Shown one piece after another: positions 11,066 to 24,798 of a stretch of DNA of 64,000 nucleotides. Below the pieces are notes generated by a model, which had not been told where the DNA came from, searched no databases, and saw only the letters and a list, made by a program, of their open reading frames with translations. The stretch comes from Malacoraja senta (lineage: Eukaryota), in the NCBI GenBank assembly GCA_038087875.1, contig JAXLNO010000200.1, positions 1-64,000 on the forward strand, in the 5' to 3' direction. The position numbers were made by a program, and so were the translations under genes. Position 1 is the first letter of the stretch; each line of letters begins with the position of its first letter.

Positions 11066-14000
11066 ATGCAAGATGTTAAACAAAAGAACCTAGGAGGAGT
11101 CACATTCTGCACTTGGAATATAAGAGGTATTAATGAACCTATTAAAAGGGGTAAGATATGAACTCAGCTGAAATTGTACAATACTGACATCATATTTTTA
11201 CAAGAAACCCATCTCAAATCCCAGGATCAGGCTAGATTGAGGGCGAATTGGATAGGTCAAATATATCATTCTTCATATACTTCGAAATCTAGAGGTACGT
11301 CAATCATTATTCGAAAAGGCATACCATTCAAAGCAAAGAATACCATAACAGATAAGGAAGGGAGATATTTGATAGTTACCGGAGAAATTCACGATACCCC
11401 AATTACCTTGGTAAATATATACGCGCCTAACTTTGATAATCCTAATTTTTTCAATAAAATTCTGAACATAATCGCAGAATCTAATTATCAAAATGTTATA
11501 ATAGGAGACTTTAACTGTGTTTTAGATCCGTATTTAGATAAATCTAGCCAAAAACAGAGAGGTAATACGAAATCTAAAACTAGTGAACTCTTAAATACTT
11601 ATATAAATAATATCAATATAACAGATGTTTGGAGAATTGCTAATCCGACTGGCAGGGAATACTCGTTTTATTCAATGGTACACAAAACATACTCCCGTAT
11701 AGATTATTTCCTGGTGGATACAAAATTAATCCCTCACACTGTGAACCCAATATACCATACCAACTCGATTTCAGACCATTCACCACTAACTTTCTTTTTA
11801 AAACTGGAAGGAATGTCTAAGAACAAATCGTTTTGGAGGTTCAATTCTCAAATCCTAAAAGACCCGCAAGGGAGTATATATTTAAAAAAACAAATGGACG
11901 TCTTTTTTGAAATAAATGACACTCCAGATATATCGCCTACTTTATTATGGGAATCTTTTAAAGCATTTATTAGAGGTGTTATAATCTCATACCAAGCTTT
12001 TCAAAATAAAAAGAATAAGAATGAACAAAGACAGTTAGAAGAACAAATTAGACAACTGGATATAGATAATGCTAAAGATCCATCTATGGATAAACATAAT
12101 AAAATAATGATTCTGAAATTTAAATTAAATAAATTATTATCAGCCAAACTTATAAGACTTTTCCAAATTACAAGACAGGAACACTTTGAATTTGTGGATA
12201 AACCACACAAACTTTTGGCTCGTCAGCTAAAAAAACGAGAAAAAGAACATACGATTCAAAAGATTAAATCAGTTAGAGGGGAATCACTAACTTTACCGAA
12301 TGATATTAATAAAAGATTTGCGCAATTTTATGAGAATTTGTACACATCTAAAACGACAATGGACACCAATAAAATGACAGAGTTCTTGGATAACTGTAAT
12401 CTTCCAAAGTTAGAGTTGAAAGAACAAGAGGAATTAGGTGCACAAATTTCAATCAAGGAATTAGAATACACAATAAATTCATTAAAGAATGGAAAAACTC
12501 CAGGTCCAGACGGATTTACTGATGAATTTTATAAAAGTTTTTATGACAAAATTATATCACGGTTACAAAAAATGTATCAATATGCCTTTAAAGAACAAAT
12601 ATTACCTGATACATTAGCTGAATCAACAATCACATTAATACTCAAAAAATACAAAGATATAGAAGAACCGGGTTCATATTGAGCTATAGCATTGTTAAAT
12701 ACAGATCAAAAAATATTAGTGAAAACATTAGCTAGAAGATTAAGTAAATATATTAGTAAATTAATAAACCCAGATCAGACGGGGTTTATCCCTAAGAGAT
12801 ATTCATCTAATAATATGAGACGACTACTCAATATAATGCACTCACACAAAATCGAAGAACAAGAATTATCAATTATTTCGTTGGACGCTGAAAAAGCATT
12901 TGATCAAGTAGAATGGAATTATATGGATAAAGTATTACAAAAATTCCAATTGGGAGAGAATTTTATTTTATGGATTAAATTATTATATAATAAGCCTACA
13001 GCTAGAATATTAACTAATAACATATTATCTTCAAAATTCCAACTATCAAGGGGTAACAGACAAGGATGCTCATTATCACCGCAGTTATTTGCTCTTATAA
13101 TTGAACCTTTAGCGGAAAAAATTAGAACACATCCAGATATCCATGGCTATAACACTAAATATTCAAATAAAAAATATCTTTATACGCGGATGATATATCA
13201 CAAAACCTCAAATTACTATACCAAACATACTAAATCTAATTGAGGACTTTGGATCCTTTTCTGGATACAGAATAAATTGGAATAAAAGTGAAATTATGTC
13301 AATAACACCGAAAGACTCAACACATCTCTTAAAATTCCCTTTTAAAATAGCTACAGAAAAATTTAAATACTTGGGTATTGAAATTACCAGAACATATCAA
13401 GGCATGTTCAAAGCAAATTATAATCCTCTACTTAATAAATTAAATACATTAATTAAATTTTGGAAAATGCTTCCGATGTCTTTTATAGGCCGAATAAATG
13501 CAATAAAAATGATCTTTTTACCACAAATTTTATACCTATTTCAATCAATTCCTATATATCTACCAAAGAAGTTTAAAAAAAAATTGGATTCAGACATTAC
13601 TAATTTTATATGGGATTATAAATCCCACAGAATACAAAGAACACATTTGAACAAAGCTAAAGTATTAGGGGGCTTAGCACTCCCTAACTTCATGTATTAT
13701 TACTGGTCAGTAAATATTAAAAATATGATTCAACTGATGGACAACTCTGCTTAGCAGGTGGACTGGATTATAATGGAGAGAGAAGACTGCTCTTCTTGTA
13801 ATATTGGAGCGATCCTCCTCTCACCAATGAAACTGAATAACATAAATTATAACAAAAACCCATAGTACAATTAGAACTTGGAAACAAATAAAGCAAAATT
13901 TAAAATTAAGAAATCTATCGCTTTTATCCCCAATAGTTAATAACCCTTCGTTTAATTCCTCTATTACAGATAAATCATTTATACAATGGGATAGACTAGG

Positions 14001-14782
14001 AATTAAAACGCTCGGAGACTTGTATGAAACTGGAAAATTACTATCATTCCAACAATTACAAATAAAATATAAGCTGGGAAATAATCAATACTTTAAATAT
14101 TTTCAAATATGTGATTATCTGAAAAAATATACAAAAGATCATTATAACATCCCACCAGATGTACTGGACGAAGCAATGCAGATAAAAGCTGAATCAGCAA
14201 ACTTAATATCGTATTTGTATAATATTATCTTAAATGTAGAAATACCAACTACGGAAGGTATTAGAAGAGACTGGGAACAAGAATTAGCTATTAAAATTTC
14301 AAAGGAAAGGTGGCGATTAATGTAAGACACAATTTAATACAATTCAAAATTTTACACAGATTATATTATTCAAAAACTAAAATTAATAAAATGTTCCCCA
14401 ATATATCATCTATTTGCGATAAATGTCAATCTCAAGAAGCTACTATAGCGCACTCATTTGTTTTTTGTACAAAAATTCAAAATTTTGAATTGAAATTTTT
14501 GAAATCTTTACAATTTAAAAAAAAATAAAACTGACACCAAAAGCGGAATGGATTAGCCTTGAACTAAATGTGTTTCAAAAGAAATTAGTTGATTACGGGT
14601 TAATAACTGGAAAAAAGCTTATCCTAAAATTCTGGAAAAACGCTCCAATACTAACTATAAACATGTGGATTTCAAATATGTTTGAAACATTACACCTAGA
14701 AGAGATAAGACTCCTCCTGGCAGGCAAATCAGATCACTTCCATCTGACGTGGTCTGCATTTATAGAACTATTGCAAAATTAA
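11066..14782 (+). pseudogene. L1 ORF2 (APE + RT + C-terminal CCHC) with stops and frameshifts
   Basis: TWNIRG, LQETHL, GDFN, YSRIDY, SDH, KTPGPDG, SLDAEKAFDQV, RQGCSLSP, CDKC..H..C; stops at 11159 and 12680 among others. Confidence 0.95.
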
Positions 14783-15131
14783 AAACAAAAAGAAAAAGAG
14801 TTAAGAAATAGACCCTAGGAAAAAAAGAAAGAGAGAAAGAGGAAAAAGAGAGAAACAAATATTTTTATGAGCATTACGCAAAATGGACATACCAACTCTT
14901 CAACTATCGTCCCCCCTTACCTGACCTCTCTGTTCTTTCCTGTTGACACGTTTTTACACTTTCACTATTTTCCTTCACTTTCTCTTTTCTCTTAACTTCA
15001 ACCTTTTCTCTTTATTAGTTTTAAAAAATGACGGAGTACATTAATTGTAATAAGATATACGTGATGAGTACTAATGTAATTTGTTGTAATTTAATGTACT
15101 TCTATTAAATAAAATTAAAAAAAAAAAAAAA

Positions 15132-15872
15132 AAAATATTGACCAGATTGTCTAAGTAGACATGAGATACTGTCTGCCAGCAGCCAACAATAGAGAGAATG
15201 CAATTGTAGACACAACCTCTGAAATAGGGAGGGGGGTAGAATCAAATTAAGGCCATGGCCAGAACTGTGGAAGGATCAGCAACAAATGACTCATGGCCCA
15301 AGTATACTCGAGGGAGTGCCACAGAATAGGTTAGAGAGAGTCTGGAATTGGGGCCCAGAGAGATTAAATGACATGAGGAAACTGGAATCCCAGAGAGTTC
15401 AAAAGAACTGTATGGAGTTTGTACGTTCTCCCCATGACCTGCATGGGTTTTCTCCAAGATCTTTGGTTTCCTCCCACACTCTAAAGACATACAGGTTTGT
15501 AGGTTAATTGGCTTGGTGTAAATGTAAATTGTCCCTGTGAGGATTGCTAGTTGGTGCGGACTCAGTGGGCCGAAGGGGCTGTTTCCGTGCTGTATCTCTA
15601 AACTAAACAAAACATGGGAAACCGATGCAGATGGAGTTGAGAAGAACATGGGAACCTGGCTAAAAGGAGCCAGGAATCATGTCACTGCTATTGTATGCAG
15701 TGTGAGAACCGGAATTACGGTGAGTTATAGGGAGCATGGAAAGTCCAGGTGACTTTTAAAGTAATCAAGTGAAACAGAATCAGGTATGTTGCATGCGAAT
15801 ACAGCAAATAAGACGCAGTGATTTTAAAGAGAGTCTGGAATCAGGGCCAAGTGGGTTTAAGAGGAATGCTGG
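15132..15872. repeat. Right, uninterrupted copy of the ~740-bp duplication
   Basis: Equals 3004-3651 joined to 8799-8890. Confidence 0.95.
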
Positions 15873-16062
15873 AACTGGGGCCTGTTGAGAACCAGGTCTC
15901 AATGGGTGAAAGAGAACATAGAACTGGGCTGTGATATGTTAACGAGAGCATGGGAACTGGAAACCAGTATGTTAGAGGGAGTATGGAAACTGGAGCTTCA
16001 GTAAACAAGATACCAAACATTTAAGAATTGTCAGATAGCAGATTATCGGAGTTTCACTGTAC

Positions 16063-16230
16063 CTGGTTAGCATCCGTGGATCTGTGGTACATGCCATAGC
16101 GCTCAGTAGATCTAGATCATCTGATATGGAAGTATGCATCTGATAAATTGAAAATGCAAAATCCCATTCTATGATGGTGCCGGCTTTAATAGCCCAACAG
16201 TAGATTACTTCTCTGAAACGACGTGGAATT
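16063..16230 (-). CDS. LVRN: Aminopeptidase exon IPRRFREVIYCWAIKAG..EWDFAF..AMACTTDPRMLTR
   Basis: TTCTTTCAG acceptor, GTACAG donor, 168 bp. Confidence 0.9.
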
Positions 16231-17209
16231 CTGAAAGAAAGGTTTTCACAATCTTCTTCAATTTACTCATCCTAGCACTCTTACCATCAAATTGACATTG
16301 TAAGCTATTTTTCTGTTGACTATGCTTGAACTTTTGACATGCACTCCTGGCAGGTGATGCTTCATCAAGAATGCAGCACTGGAAGTTACCATTCACCTCT
16401 TAAGTTCATACAATTTCCTCATGCAGCACATTTAAGTATTGCAGAATACATTGGATTCAATATCATGAAGATGCTTTCGTAATTCCGGCACTTATTTTTA
16501 TAACTTCTCTTTGATTTGTTTTGGCATACCTTATACCTAGACTTAAATGTAGTGAATGATGGACAGACAAATATTTATGTGATGAAAGTCTTCTAATTGA
16601 CAATCACTTTCATGATTGCAGATGTGAGGGTTTCCATGTCAAGATTTAATACAGATTGCTTTCACTGCTCTACCTCAGCAATGTACAGAGGCAGAGTCTT
16701 GAAAAAAAATCTTCTGCTGCAGAATGACATTTAGTATTAATCTTTTAGTATTTATCATTTAGTATTAATCTAATTGCGCATTTAGTATTAATCTTAATGA
16801 CTAAGATTAGAAATTAATTAGTTGTGATTGCTCTTGCAGCGCCACAATGGATGACCCATCAGTCTGTAGAATCAAAATAACTCAAAAATTATGGTAATAT
16901 GTATTTCAGCTTTGGTGATTATATTGATGTAAATCTGACCTCTTTTGATGAGAAAGGGGTCAGCTTTATCAATAGCAGCGATTCTACATCCACTATTTAG
17001 TATATTTAGGACTTGTCAACACAAAACCCTGAGACTTTCTGCTCTCTTTTTCCTTTCTGACCGCAAGATTACATAAGGTAAGAAAAACATACAGTAGAAC
17101 TGATGTGAATGGGTGATCAATTGTCAGTATGGACTCAGTGGGCCAAATGGCCTATTTCCAAGCTGTATCTTACAAAAAAATTAAAATAAGAAATCTGTCT
17201 CTTGCCTTG

Positions 17210-17690
17210 CCATGCTTGCCTTCAATGGGAATGGTATTGAGTACAAATGTTGGGACATCAACATGATGCAACTGTAAGTCATTGCTGAGGCCACACCCGG
17301 AGTACTATGTGTAGTTCCGGTAGCCCAGCTATAGAATGGGTGTCATGAAGTTGGAAAGTGTGAAAAGAGATTCATCAGAATGTTACATGGGCTTGGGTTG
17401 GAGGGAGAGGTTGAAAAGGCTGCAACATTTTCTTTGGAGCATAGGAGGCTGATAAGTGATCTATTGAGAGTACAAGATCATGAGAAGCAAAGATAAAATT
17501 AATGTTATCTATCTTTTTCTCCAAGGTAAATTTGAAAATTAAAAGGCACAGGGTTACGATGAGATTGGAGAGATTTAAGAAGAACCTCAATCAATATTTT
17601 CAAGTAGAGAGTAGTTCATATCTAGAACAAGCTGCCAGAGGAAGCTAATAGAAGTGATTATAAAACGGACTTTTAAAAGACTTTTAGTCT
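17210..17690 (+). mobile_element. Old degraded CR1 3' fragment
   Basis: GAGGCCACACCCGGAGTACTATGTGTAGTTC, GCTGCCAGAGGAAG. Confidence 0.65.
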
Positions 17691-19410
17691 AAAGTGGGAC
17701 CCGTTGGATACCATGTTTACACGGGAGGGCTGGTCCCCCAATGCAATATTCCACCTCTCCACCAATTCCAATATTGCTGGCCAGTGGTGGGGCTTTCTGG
17801 AGCGCTAGTATGGGTGTTGTGGACCCAAGGGACAGGTTTCAAGAGGGCTAGTATGGACATCGCTGGCTGAATGGATTCTTGGGCTGGCTGCTCAGTCACT
17901 CAGGCCTGGTGGGCTGGCAGCTCAGTCACTCGGGTCTGGTGAGCTGGCAGCTCAGAAACTGCCAGAAATTCTGCCCAAAACAGGTGAGAGACTCTGTGAG
18001 AGAGAAGGTGGAGAGGGTGGAGAATCAATTTTAGACATTTTTCATCTTTTTCTGCAGATCACAGCAATGAAGGAGGAAAGTTTATCCTGGCCTGGATCTC
18101 ACAGGGAGCAAATGAAGGGAGGGAGAAAAATACTGGGGTGAGGTTTAATACTTGCAGGGGGAATATTTACTGATGGGCGGAAGGGACTCCTGGGCTAGTA
18201 CAGGCCTGATGGGCCGAAGGGGCTCTTTAAAAAATAATCAGAGTGAAATCTCAGTGAAAGGCACTTTTTCTGGACTTTTCCTGGCCTGGCACGGGCCTTT
18301 CGGGCCAAAATGATGCTCCTGGGCTAATACGGGCATTTTGGGCAAAAGGGACTGATTTCTCAGCTAATAGGGGCCTTGTGGGCCGAAATAAGTGGTTTCA
18401 GGCAGGCCAAACAACTCATTTCATTTCATTTCCAATTGCATTGCAGTTTCAAGCACAGGGCAGGCCAAGCCAAACAACTGATTGCATTTTCACTTAATTT
18501 CCATTGCCATTGCACTTTCAAGCACAAGGCAGGCTCAAGCCAAACCGCTGATTGCGTTTTCACGTCAATTCCATTGCCATTGCACTTTCAAGCACAGGGC
18601 AGGCTCAAGCCAAACAGCTGATTGCATTTTCACTACATTTCCATTGCAGTTTCAAGCACGTGGCAGGCTCAAGCCAAATAGCTGATTGCATTTTCACTTT
18701 ATTTCCATTGCCTTTGCACTTTCAAGCACAGGGCAGGCTCAAGCCAAACAGCTCATTGCATTTTCACTACATTTCTATTGCCATTGCAGTTTCAAGCACG
18801 TGGCAGGCTCAAGCCAAACAGCTGATTGCATTTTCACTTTATTTCCATTGCCTTTGCACTTTCAAGCACAGGGCAGGCTCAAGCCAAACAGATTGCATTT
18901 TCACTACATTTCTATTGCCATTGCAGTTTCAAGCATATGGCAGGCTCAAGCCAAACAGCTCATTGCATTTGCACTTCATTTCTATTGCCATTGCACTTTC
19001 AAGCACAGGGCAGACCCAAGCCAAACAGCTCATTGCATTTTCACCATTTCCATTGGCATTGCAGTTTGAAGCACAAGGCAGGCCAAACAACACATTTCAT
19101 TTTCATTAAGGGCTAACAAATCATTTATTCAAGTACATTGCATAGTCACAGTGTTCTGTAGTTTCCCAGCTCAGACAGAGAGTCGTGACCTCTCCCTCGC
19201 CATCTTGCAGACAGACTGAGCCACGCCCACACTTCCGGGTTTTATAGTCCCTCCCCCTCCCACCAGAAGGGGCGTGGCCTTCATGGCGGTGATTGACAGG
19301 AGAGAGAATCTCAAGATTTTTAAAACACTGAGTCTTTTATTTTTCATCGATGGGAAAAATCCTCGGGGCCTGCGCAGCGGAGGAGGACTCTGAGTAAGAT
19401 TTTGCCAAGA
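17652..19410 (-). mobile_element. Second Helitron-like non-autonomous element
   Basis: Inverted homology to ~1340-1637 including a degenerate hairpin; internal tandem array; 5' end not identified. Confidence 0.5.
18400..19105. repeat. ~65-70-bp minisatellite (~10 units)
   Basis: Unit CAGGCTCAAGCCAAACAGCTGATTGCATTTTCACT..TTTCCATTGCCATTGCACTTTCAAGCACAGGG. Confidence 0.93.
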
Positions 19411-19557
19411 GGTGAATTGCATGAGATATAGCTTCGGAAGGGAGGGAAATTAAGATTGGCCACAAATGTGATAAGGCTCAGTGACTGATGGTATTCCTTC
19501 TTTTGCTCTGATACTAATAATAAAGGCCAAGGACTTTAGTATTGTTCATTTACTTAC

Positions 19558-19668
19558 GTATTAACAGCTGGATTACTCATAAACTGCGAAAAGAGGCTTG
19601 TTGCTCGATCCAGACAATCTTTTAGGTTAAGTTGGCACACTGTTTGTATAGTTAAAACAAACAATGAT
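19558..19668 (-). CDS. LVRN: Aminopeptidase exon SLFVLTIQTVCQLNLKDCLDRATSLFSQFMSNPAVN
   Basis: GTTCCAG acceptor, GTAAGT donor, 111 bp, C-x6-C. Confidence 0.9.
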
Positions 19669-19792
19669 CTGGAACACAAGTTAAGAAGAAGCGAGTCAGC
19701 GGCATTTATTTTACTACACCCTTATATTTACACTGAACTACTTTTTTCATCTTTGTTTTCGAAAATTACAGAAAGTTCTTAATGCAAGCATA

Positions 19793-22700
19793 CATAGAAA
19801 CATAGAGACATAGAAAATAGGTGCAGGAGTAGGCCATTCGGCCCTTCGAGCCTGCACCGCCATTCAATATGATCATGGCTGATCATCCAACTCGGTATCC
19901 TGTAGCTGCCTTCTCTCCATACCCCCTGATCCCTTTAGCCCCAAGGGCCACATCTAACTCCCTCTTAAATATAGCCAATGAACTGGCCTCAACTACCTTC
20001 TGTGGCAGAGAGTTCCAGAGATTCACCACTCTCTGTGTGAAAAATGTTTTTCTCATCTCGGTCCTAAAGGATTTCCCCTTAATCCTTAAACTGTGCCCCC
20101 TTGTCCTGGACTTCCCCAACATCGGGAACAATCTTCCTGCATCTAGCCTGTCCAACCCCTTAAGAATTTTGTAAGTTTCTATAAGATCCCCCCTCAATCT
20201 TCTAAATTCTAGCGAGTACAAGCCGAGTCTATCCAGTCTTTCTTAATATGAAAGTCCTGACATCCCAGGAATCAATCTGGTGAACCTTCTCTGTACTCCC
20301 TCTATGGCAAGAATGTCTTTCCTCAGATTTGGAGACCAAAACTGTACGCAATACTCCAGGTGTGGTCTCACCAAGACCCTTTACAACTGCAGTAGAACCT
20401 CCCTGCTCCTATACTCAAATACTTTTGCTATGAATGCTAACATACCATTCGCTTTCTTCACTGCCTGCTGCACCTGCATGCTTACTTTCAATGACTGGTG
20501 TACCATGACACCCAGGTCTCGTTGCATCTCCCCTTTTCCTAATCGGCCACCATTTAGATAATAGTCTACTTTCCTGTTTTTGCCACCAAAGTGGATAACC
20601 TCACATTTATCCACATTATACTGCATCTGCCATGCATTTGCCCACTCACCCAACCTATCCAAGTCACTTTGCAGCCTCCTAGCATCCTCCTCACAGCTAA
20701 CACTGCCCCCCAGCTTCGTGTCATCCGCAAACTTGGAGATGTTGCATTCCATTCCCTCATCCAAATCATTACTATATATTGTAAATAGCTGGGGCCCCAG
20801 CACTGAGCCTTGCGGTACCCCACTAGTCACTGCTTGCCATTCTGAAAAGGACCCGTTTACTCCTACTCTTTGCTTCCTGTTTGCCAGCCAGTTCTCTATC
20901 CACATCAATACTGAACACCCAATACCTTGTGCTTTAAGTTTGTATACTAATCTCTTATGTGGGACCTTGTCGAAAGCCTTCTGAAAGTCCAGATATAACA
21001 CATCCACTGGTTCTCCCTTATCCACTCTAACTAGTTACATCCTCGAAAAATTCTATAAGATTCGTCAGTCATGATTTACCTTTCGTAAATCCATGCTGAC
21101 TTTGTCCAATGATTTCACCACTTTCCAAATGTGCTGCTATCCCATCTTTAATAACTGACTCTAGCAGTTTCCCCACTACCGATGTTAGACTAACTGGTCT
21201 GTAATTCCCCGTTTTCTCTCTCCCTCCCTTTTTAAAAAGGGGGGTTACATTAGCTACCCTCCAATCCTCAGGAACTACTCCAGAATCTAAGGAGTTTTGA
21301 AAAATTATCACTAATGCATCCATTTCTGGGGCTACTTCCTTAAGTACTCTGGGATGCAGCCTATCTGGCCCTGGGGATTTATCGGCCTTTAATCCATTCA
21401 ATTTACCTAACACCACTTCCCGGCTAACCTGGATTTCACTCAGTTCCTCTATCTCATTTGACCCGCGGTCCCCTGCTATTTCCGGCAGATTATTTATGTC
21501 TTCCTTAGTGAAGACAGAACCAAAGTAGTTATTCAATTGGTCTGCCATGTCCTTGTTCCCCATGATCAATTCACCTGTTTCTGACTGCAAGGGAGCTACA
21601 TTTGTTTTAACTAATCTCTTTCTCTTCACGTATTTATAAAAACTTTTGCAGTCAGTTTTTATGTTCCCTGCCAGTTTTCTTTCATAATCTATTTTCCCTT
21701 TCCTAATTAAGCCCTTTGTCCTCCTCTGCTGGACTCTGAATTTCTCCCAGTCCTCTGGTAGGCTGCTTTTTCTGGCTAATTTGTACGCTTCACCTTTTGT
21801 TTTGATACTATCCCTGATTTCCCTTGTTATCCACGGATGCACTACCTTCCCTGATTTATTCTTTTGCCAAACTGGGATGAACAATTTTTGTAGTTCATCC
21901 ATGCAGTCTTTAAATGCCTTCCATTGCATATCCACCGTCAACCCTTTAAGAATCAATTGCCAGTCAATCTTGGCCAATTCACGTTTCATACCCTCAAATT
22001 TACCTTTCTTTAAGTTCAGAACCCTTGTTTCTGAATTAACAATGTCACTCTCCATCCTAATGAAGAACTCAACCATATTATGGTCACTCTTGCCCAAGGG
22101 GCCACGCAAAACAAGACTGCTAACTAACCCGTCCTCATTACTCAATACCCAGTCTAGAATAGCCTGCTCTCTCGTTGGTTCCTCTACATGTTGGTTTAGA
22201 AAACTATCCCGCATACATTCCAAGAAATCCTCTTCCTCAGCACCCCTGCCAATTTGATTCACCCAATCTATATGTAGATTGAAGTCACCCATTATAACTG
22301 TTTTACCTTTGTTGCACGCATTTCTAATTTCCTGTTTGATGCCATCCCCAACTCCACTACTACTGTTAGGTGGCCTGTACACAACACCCACTAGCGTTTT
22401 CTGCCCCTTAGTGTTTCGTAGCTCTACCCATATCGATTCCACATCCTCCAAGCTAATATCCTTCCTTTCCATTGCGTTAATCTCCTCTCTAACCAGCAAT
22501 GCTACCCCACCTCCTTTTCCTTTCTGTCTATCCCTCCTGAATATTGAATATCCCTGGATGTTCAGCTCCCAGCCTTGGTCACCCTGGAGCCATGTCTCCG
22601 TGATCCCAAATATATCATAATCATTAATAGCTATCTGCACATTCAACTCATCCACCTTATTACGAATGCTCCTTGCATTGAGTCACAAAGCCTTCAGGCT

Positions 22701-23214
22701 TGTTTTTACAACGCTCTTACCCCTTATACAATTATGTTGAAAAGTGGCCCTTTTTGATTTTTGCCCAGGATTTGTCTGCCTGCCACGTTTACTTTTCACC
22801 TTGTTACCTATTGCTTCTACCCTCATTTTACATCCCACTGTCTCTCTGCTCACACATTTAAGAAACCCACCACCTCTTATTCTCTGTTTATTATTTTTTT
22901 CTTCTTTCCCCCCTACCTGTTGGGTCTGAGTGCTTCCCTTCTCTGCCTCCTGCCTCACACATCGTCTACAAGCTTCCTCTATTTGAGTCCCTCCCCCCAA
23001 CCGTTCTAGTTTAAAGTCTCCCCTGTAGCCTTTGCAAATCTCCCCGCCAGGATATTGGTCCCCCTCGGGTTCAAGTGCAATCCGTCCTTTTTGTACAGCT
23101 CACACCTTCCCCAAAAGGGGTCCCAATGATCCAGAAACTTGAATCCCTGCCCACTGCACCAGTCCTTCAGCCACGCATTTATCCTCCACCTCGCTCCATT
23201 CCTACTCTCACTGT
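19793..23214 (-). mobile_element. CR1 LINE: esterase-type ORF1 remnant plus frameshifted APE-RT ORF2
   Basis: ORFs 21069-22655 and 20381-21025 (GITETWL, GDFN, SDH, LDFQKAFDKV, GVPQGSVLGP, FADDTK); (TTTCTATG)n tail. Confidence 0.95.
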
Positions 23215-23681
23215 CTCAAACATCACAAGAACTGTTTGTTTTCATCCATGTAATTTCATCTGATTCTTTTCTGATCTGTGGATCTATGACCAGGTTTAAG
23301 GGGTATCTGCTTTGACAGATAAATAAAGTAGATGGTTCAAGGACCAGTGAACACAAATTTAAAGTGGTGATCAAAAAGCGTGAGTATAATTTTTTTAAAA
23401 AGTGAATATTGGTTGTGAGCTGAAATTCTTTGCTTTTGAAAGATGGAGACGGGTCAGTCAGGGTTTTCCAAAATTAAAAGAGCGAGCTCTTAATAGAAAA
23501 TCAGCTATAATTTTGTGTATACAGTTACTGGATCACTAGAATAACTAAATTAGTAATACATTTCTTGGGGCATTGCTTGGAACACACTGCAGTTTGTGAA
23601 AGGTGCTAAATTATATGTATTATATGTAATATCATGGACATTACAACTGAATCAGGCCATTCAGATCAACTAATCGATGGT

Positions 23682-23880
23682 GGGACACAAAATGCTAGAG
23701 TAACATCCATCTCTGAAGAACACGTTTCAGGTTGGGACCCTTCTTCAGACAGTTCAGTCCTGTCTGAAGGGTCCCGACCCAAAATGTCACCTATCCATCT
23801 TCTTCATAGATGCTGCCTGACCTGCTGATTAACTCCAGAATTCTGTATCCTTTTATCTGAGCCAGCATCTGCAGTTCCTT
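23682..23880. mobile_element. Short palindromic Penelope-end-derived element
   Basis: GGGACCCTTCTTCAGACAG..CTGTCTGAAGGGTCCC inverted pair; similar to 50715-50810. Confidence 0.7.
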
Positions 23881-24798
23881 ATTTTTACAAATCAATGGTT
23901 ACATTTCACCCAAGCCTCCCCAGAGTTAATTGCAGCTAATCCAAGCTGTATATGCATACCTTTACAGTCCTTTCTCCATGACATACTTATCTAGTTTCAC
24001 CTTAAGTGCATCCATGTGATAATCCTGATTATAAAGTACTTGCACTTATATTCTTTAATGGGTATATTGGACACTTGGAACCTATCTATTCCTTATCCCC
24101 AGCTTCTGCCTGACCTGCAGATTTCATCCAGTACTTTGTACATTGCACAAGATCCCAGCATCTGCAGTGTCTTGCTTCTGCACTATATTTTGAACAGTTA
24201 ACAAACCTATCAATGTGATGAGAAAGATTCCATGGTGCTACATTTGTCACATGTGCCACTGCAGAGTGAACATCTTTTTACATATATTACACATGCAAAT
24301 GCGGGCATTTTTGGTGCCATTATTGTTGCAATTAGCGCCAGATTTGGGAGCTACTTCAGGATGTTTGCCCTCTACTTCACAAGTGAGACTATGCCTAGGT
24401 CTAAAACAAGTTCATAATTCATTCCATAAAAATGCTGAAACAGAAATCCATAGACGAAGAGGTGAGCCCATTTGTCAAGAAGTACCAAAGGACAAATTTA
24501 ACTACACCGAGGAGTGATCTAAAGTTTTGGAGAAAGGAAGGTTGGTGTGTTTATTTTTGCTTCTGCATAATTGATTTTTGGAATGAAAATCCCGGTCAAT
24601 TAGTTTGCACTATAGGGTTAAAAGCAAGACTCAAAGGTAAAGTTAAGAAGAATTCTTAGAGAAACTGTATTTGGGAAATAGTAAACTGGATTTGGAGGAG
24701 CCAAAATCGGCAAATAGGCAAGTAAACTACAGAATTTGTGGCACAAAATAAGTAACCAGTTAATTCATAATCAATAGGCAGGAATTTATTATACTTAC

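Larger units (their letters stand above)
8891..15131 (+). mobile_element. Full-length L1-clade LINE
   Basis: CpG-containing 5' UTR, ORF1, ~950-bp spacer, ORF2, 3' UTR and poly(A) at ~15117-15135. Confidence 0.95.

Noticed and set aside
1577..17720. One 16-kb TIR transposon or inversion bounded by the inverted homologs
   Set aside because: The hairpin ends face inward, and host exon 16063-16230 between them keeps the correct orientation and phase.
18376..19116. Overlapping ORFs or a CRISPR-like array
   Set aside because: These are translations of a minisatellite with no spacers.
24215..24517. Additional aminopeptidase exon
   Set aside because: No M1 similarity; 24799-24893 splices in phase directly to 19558-19668.
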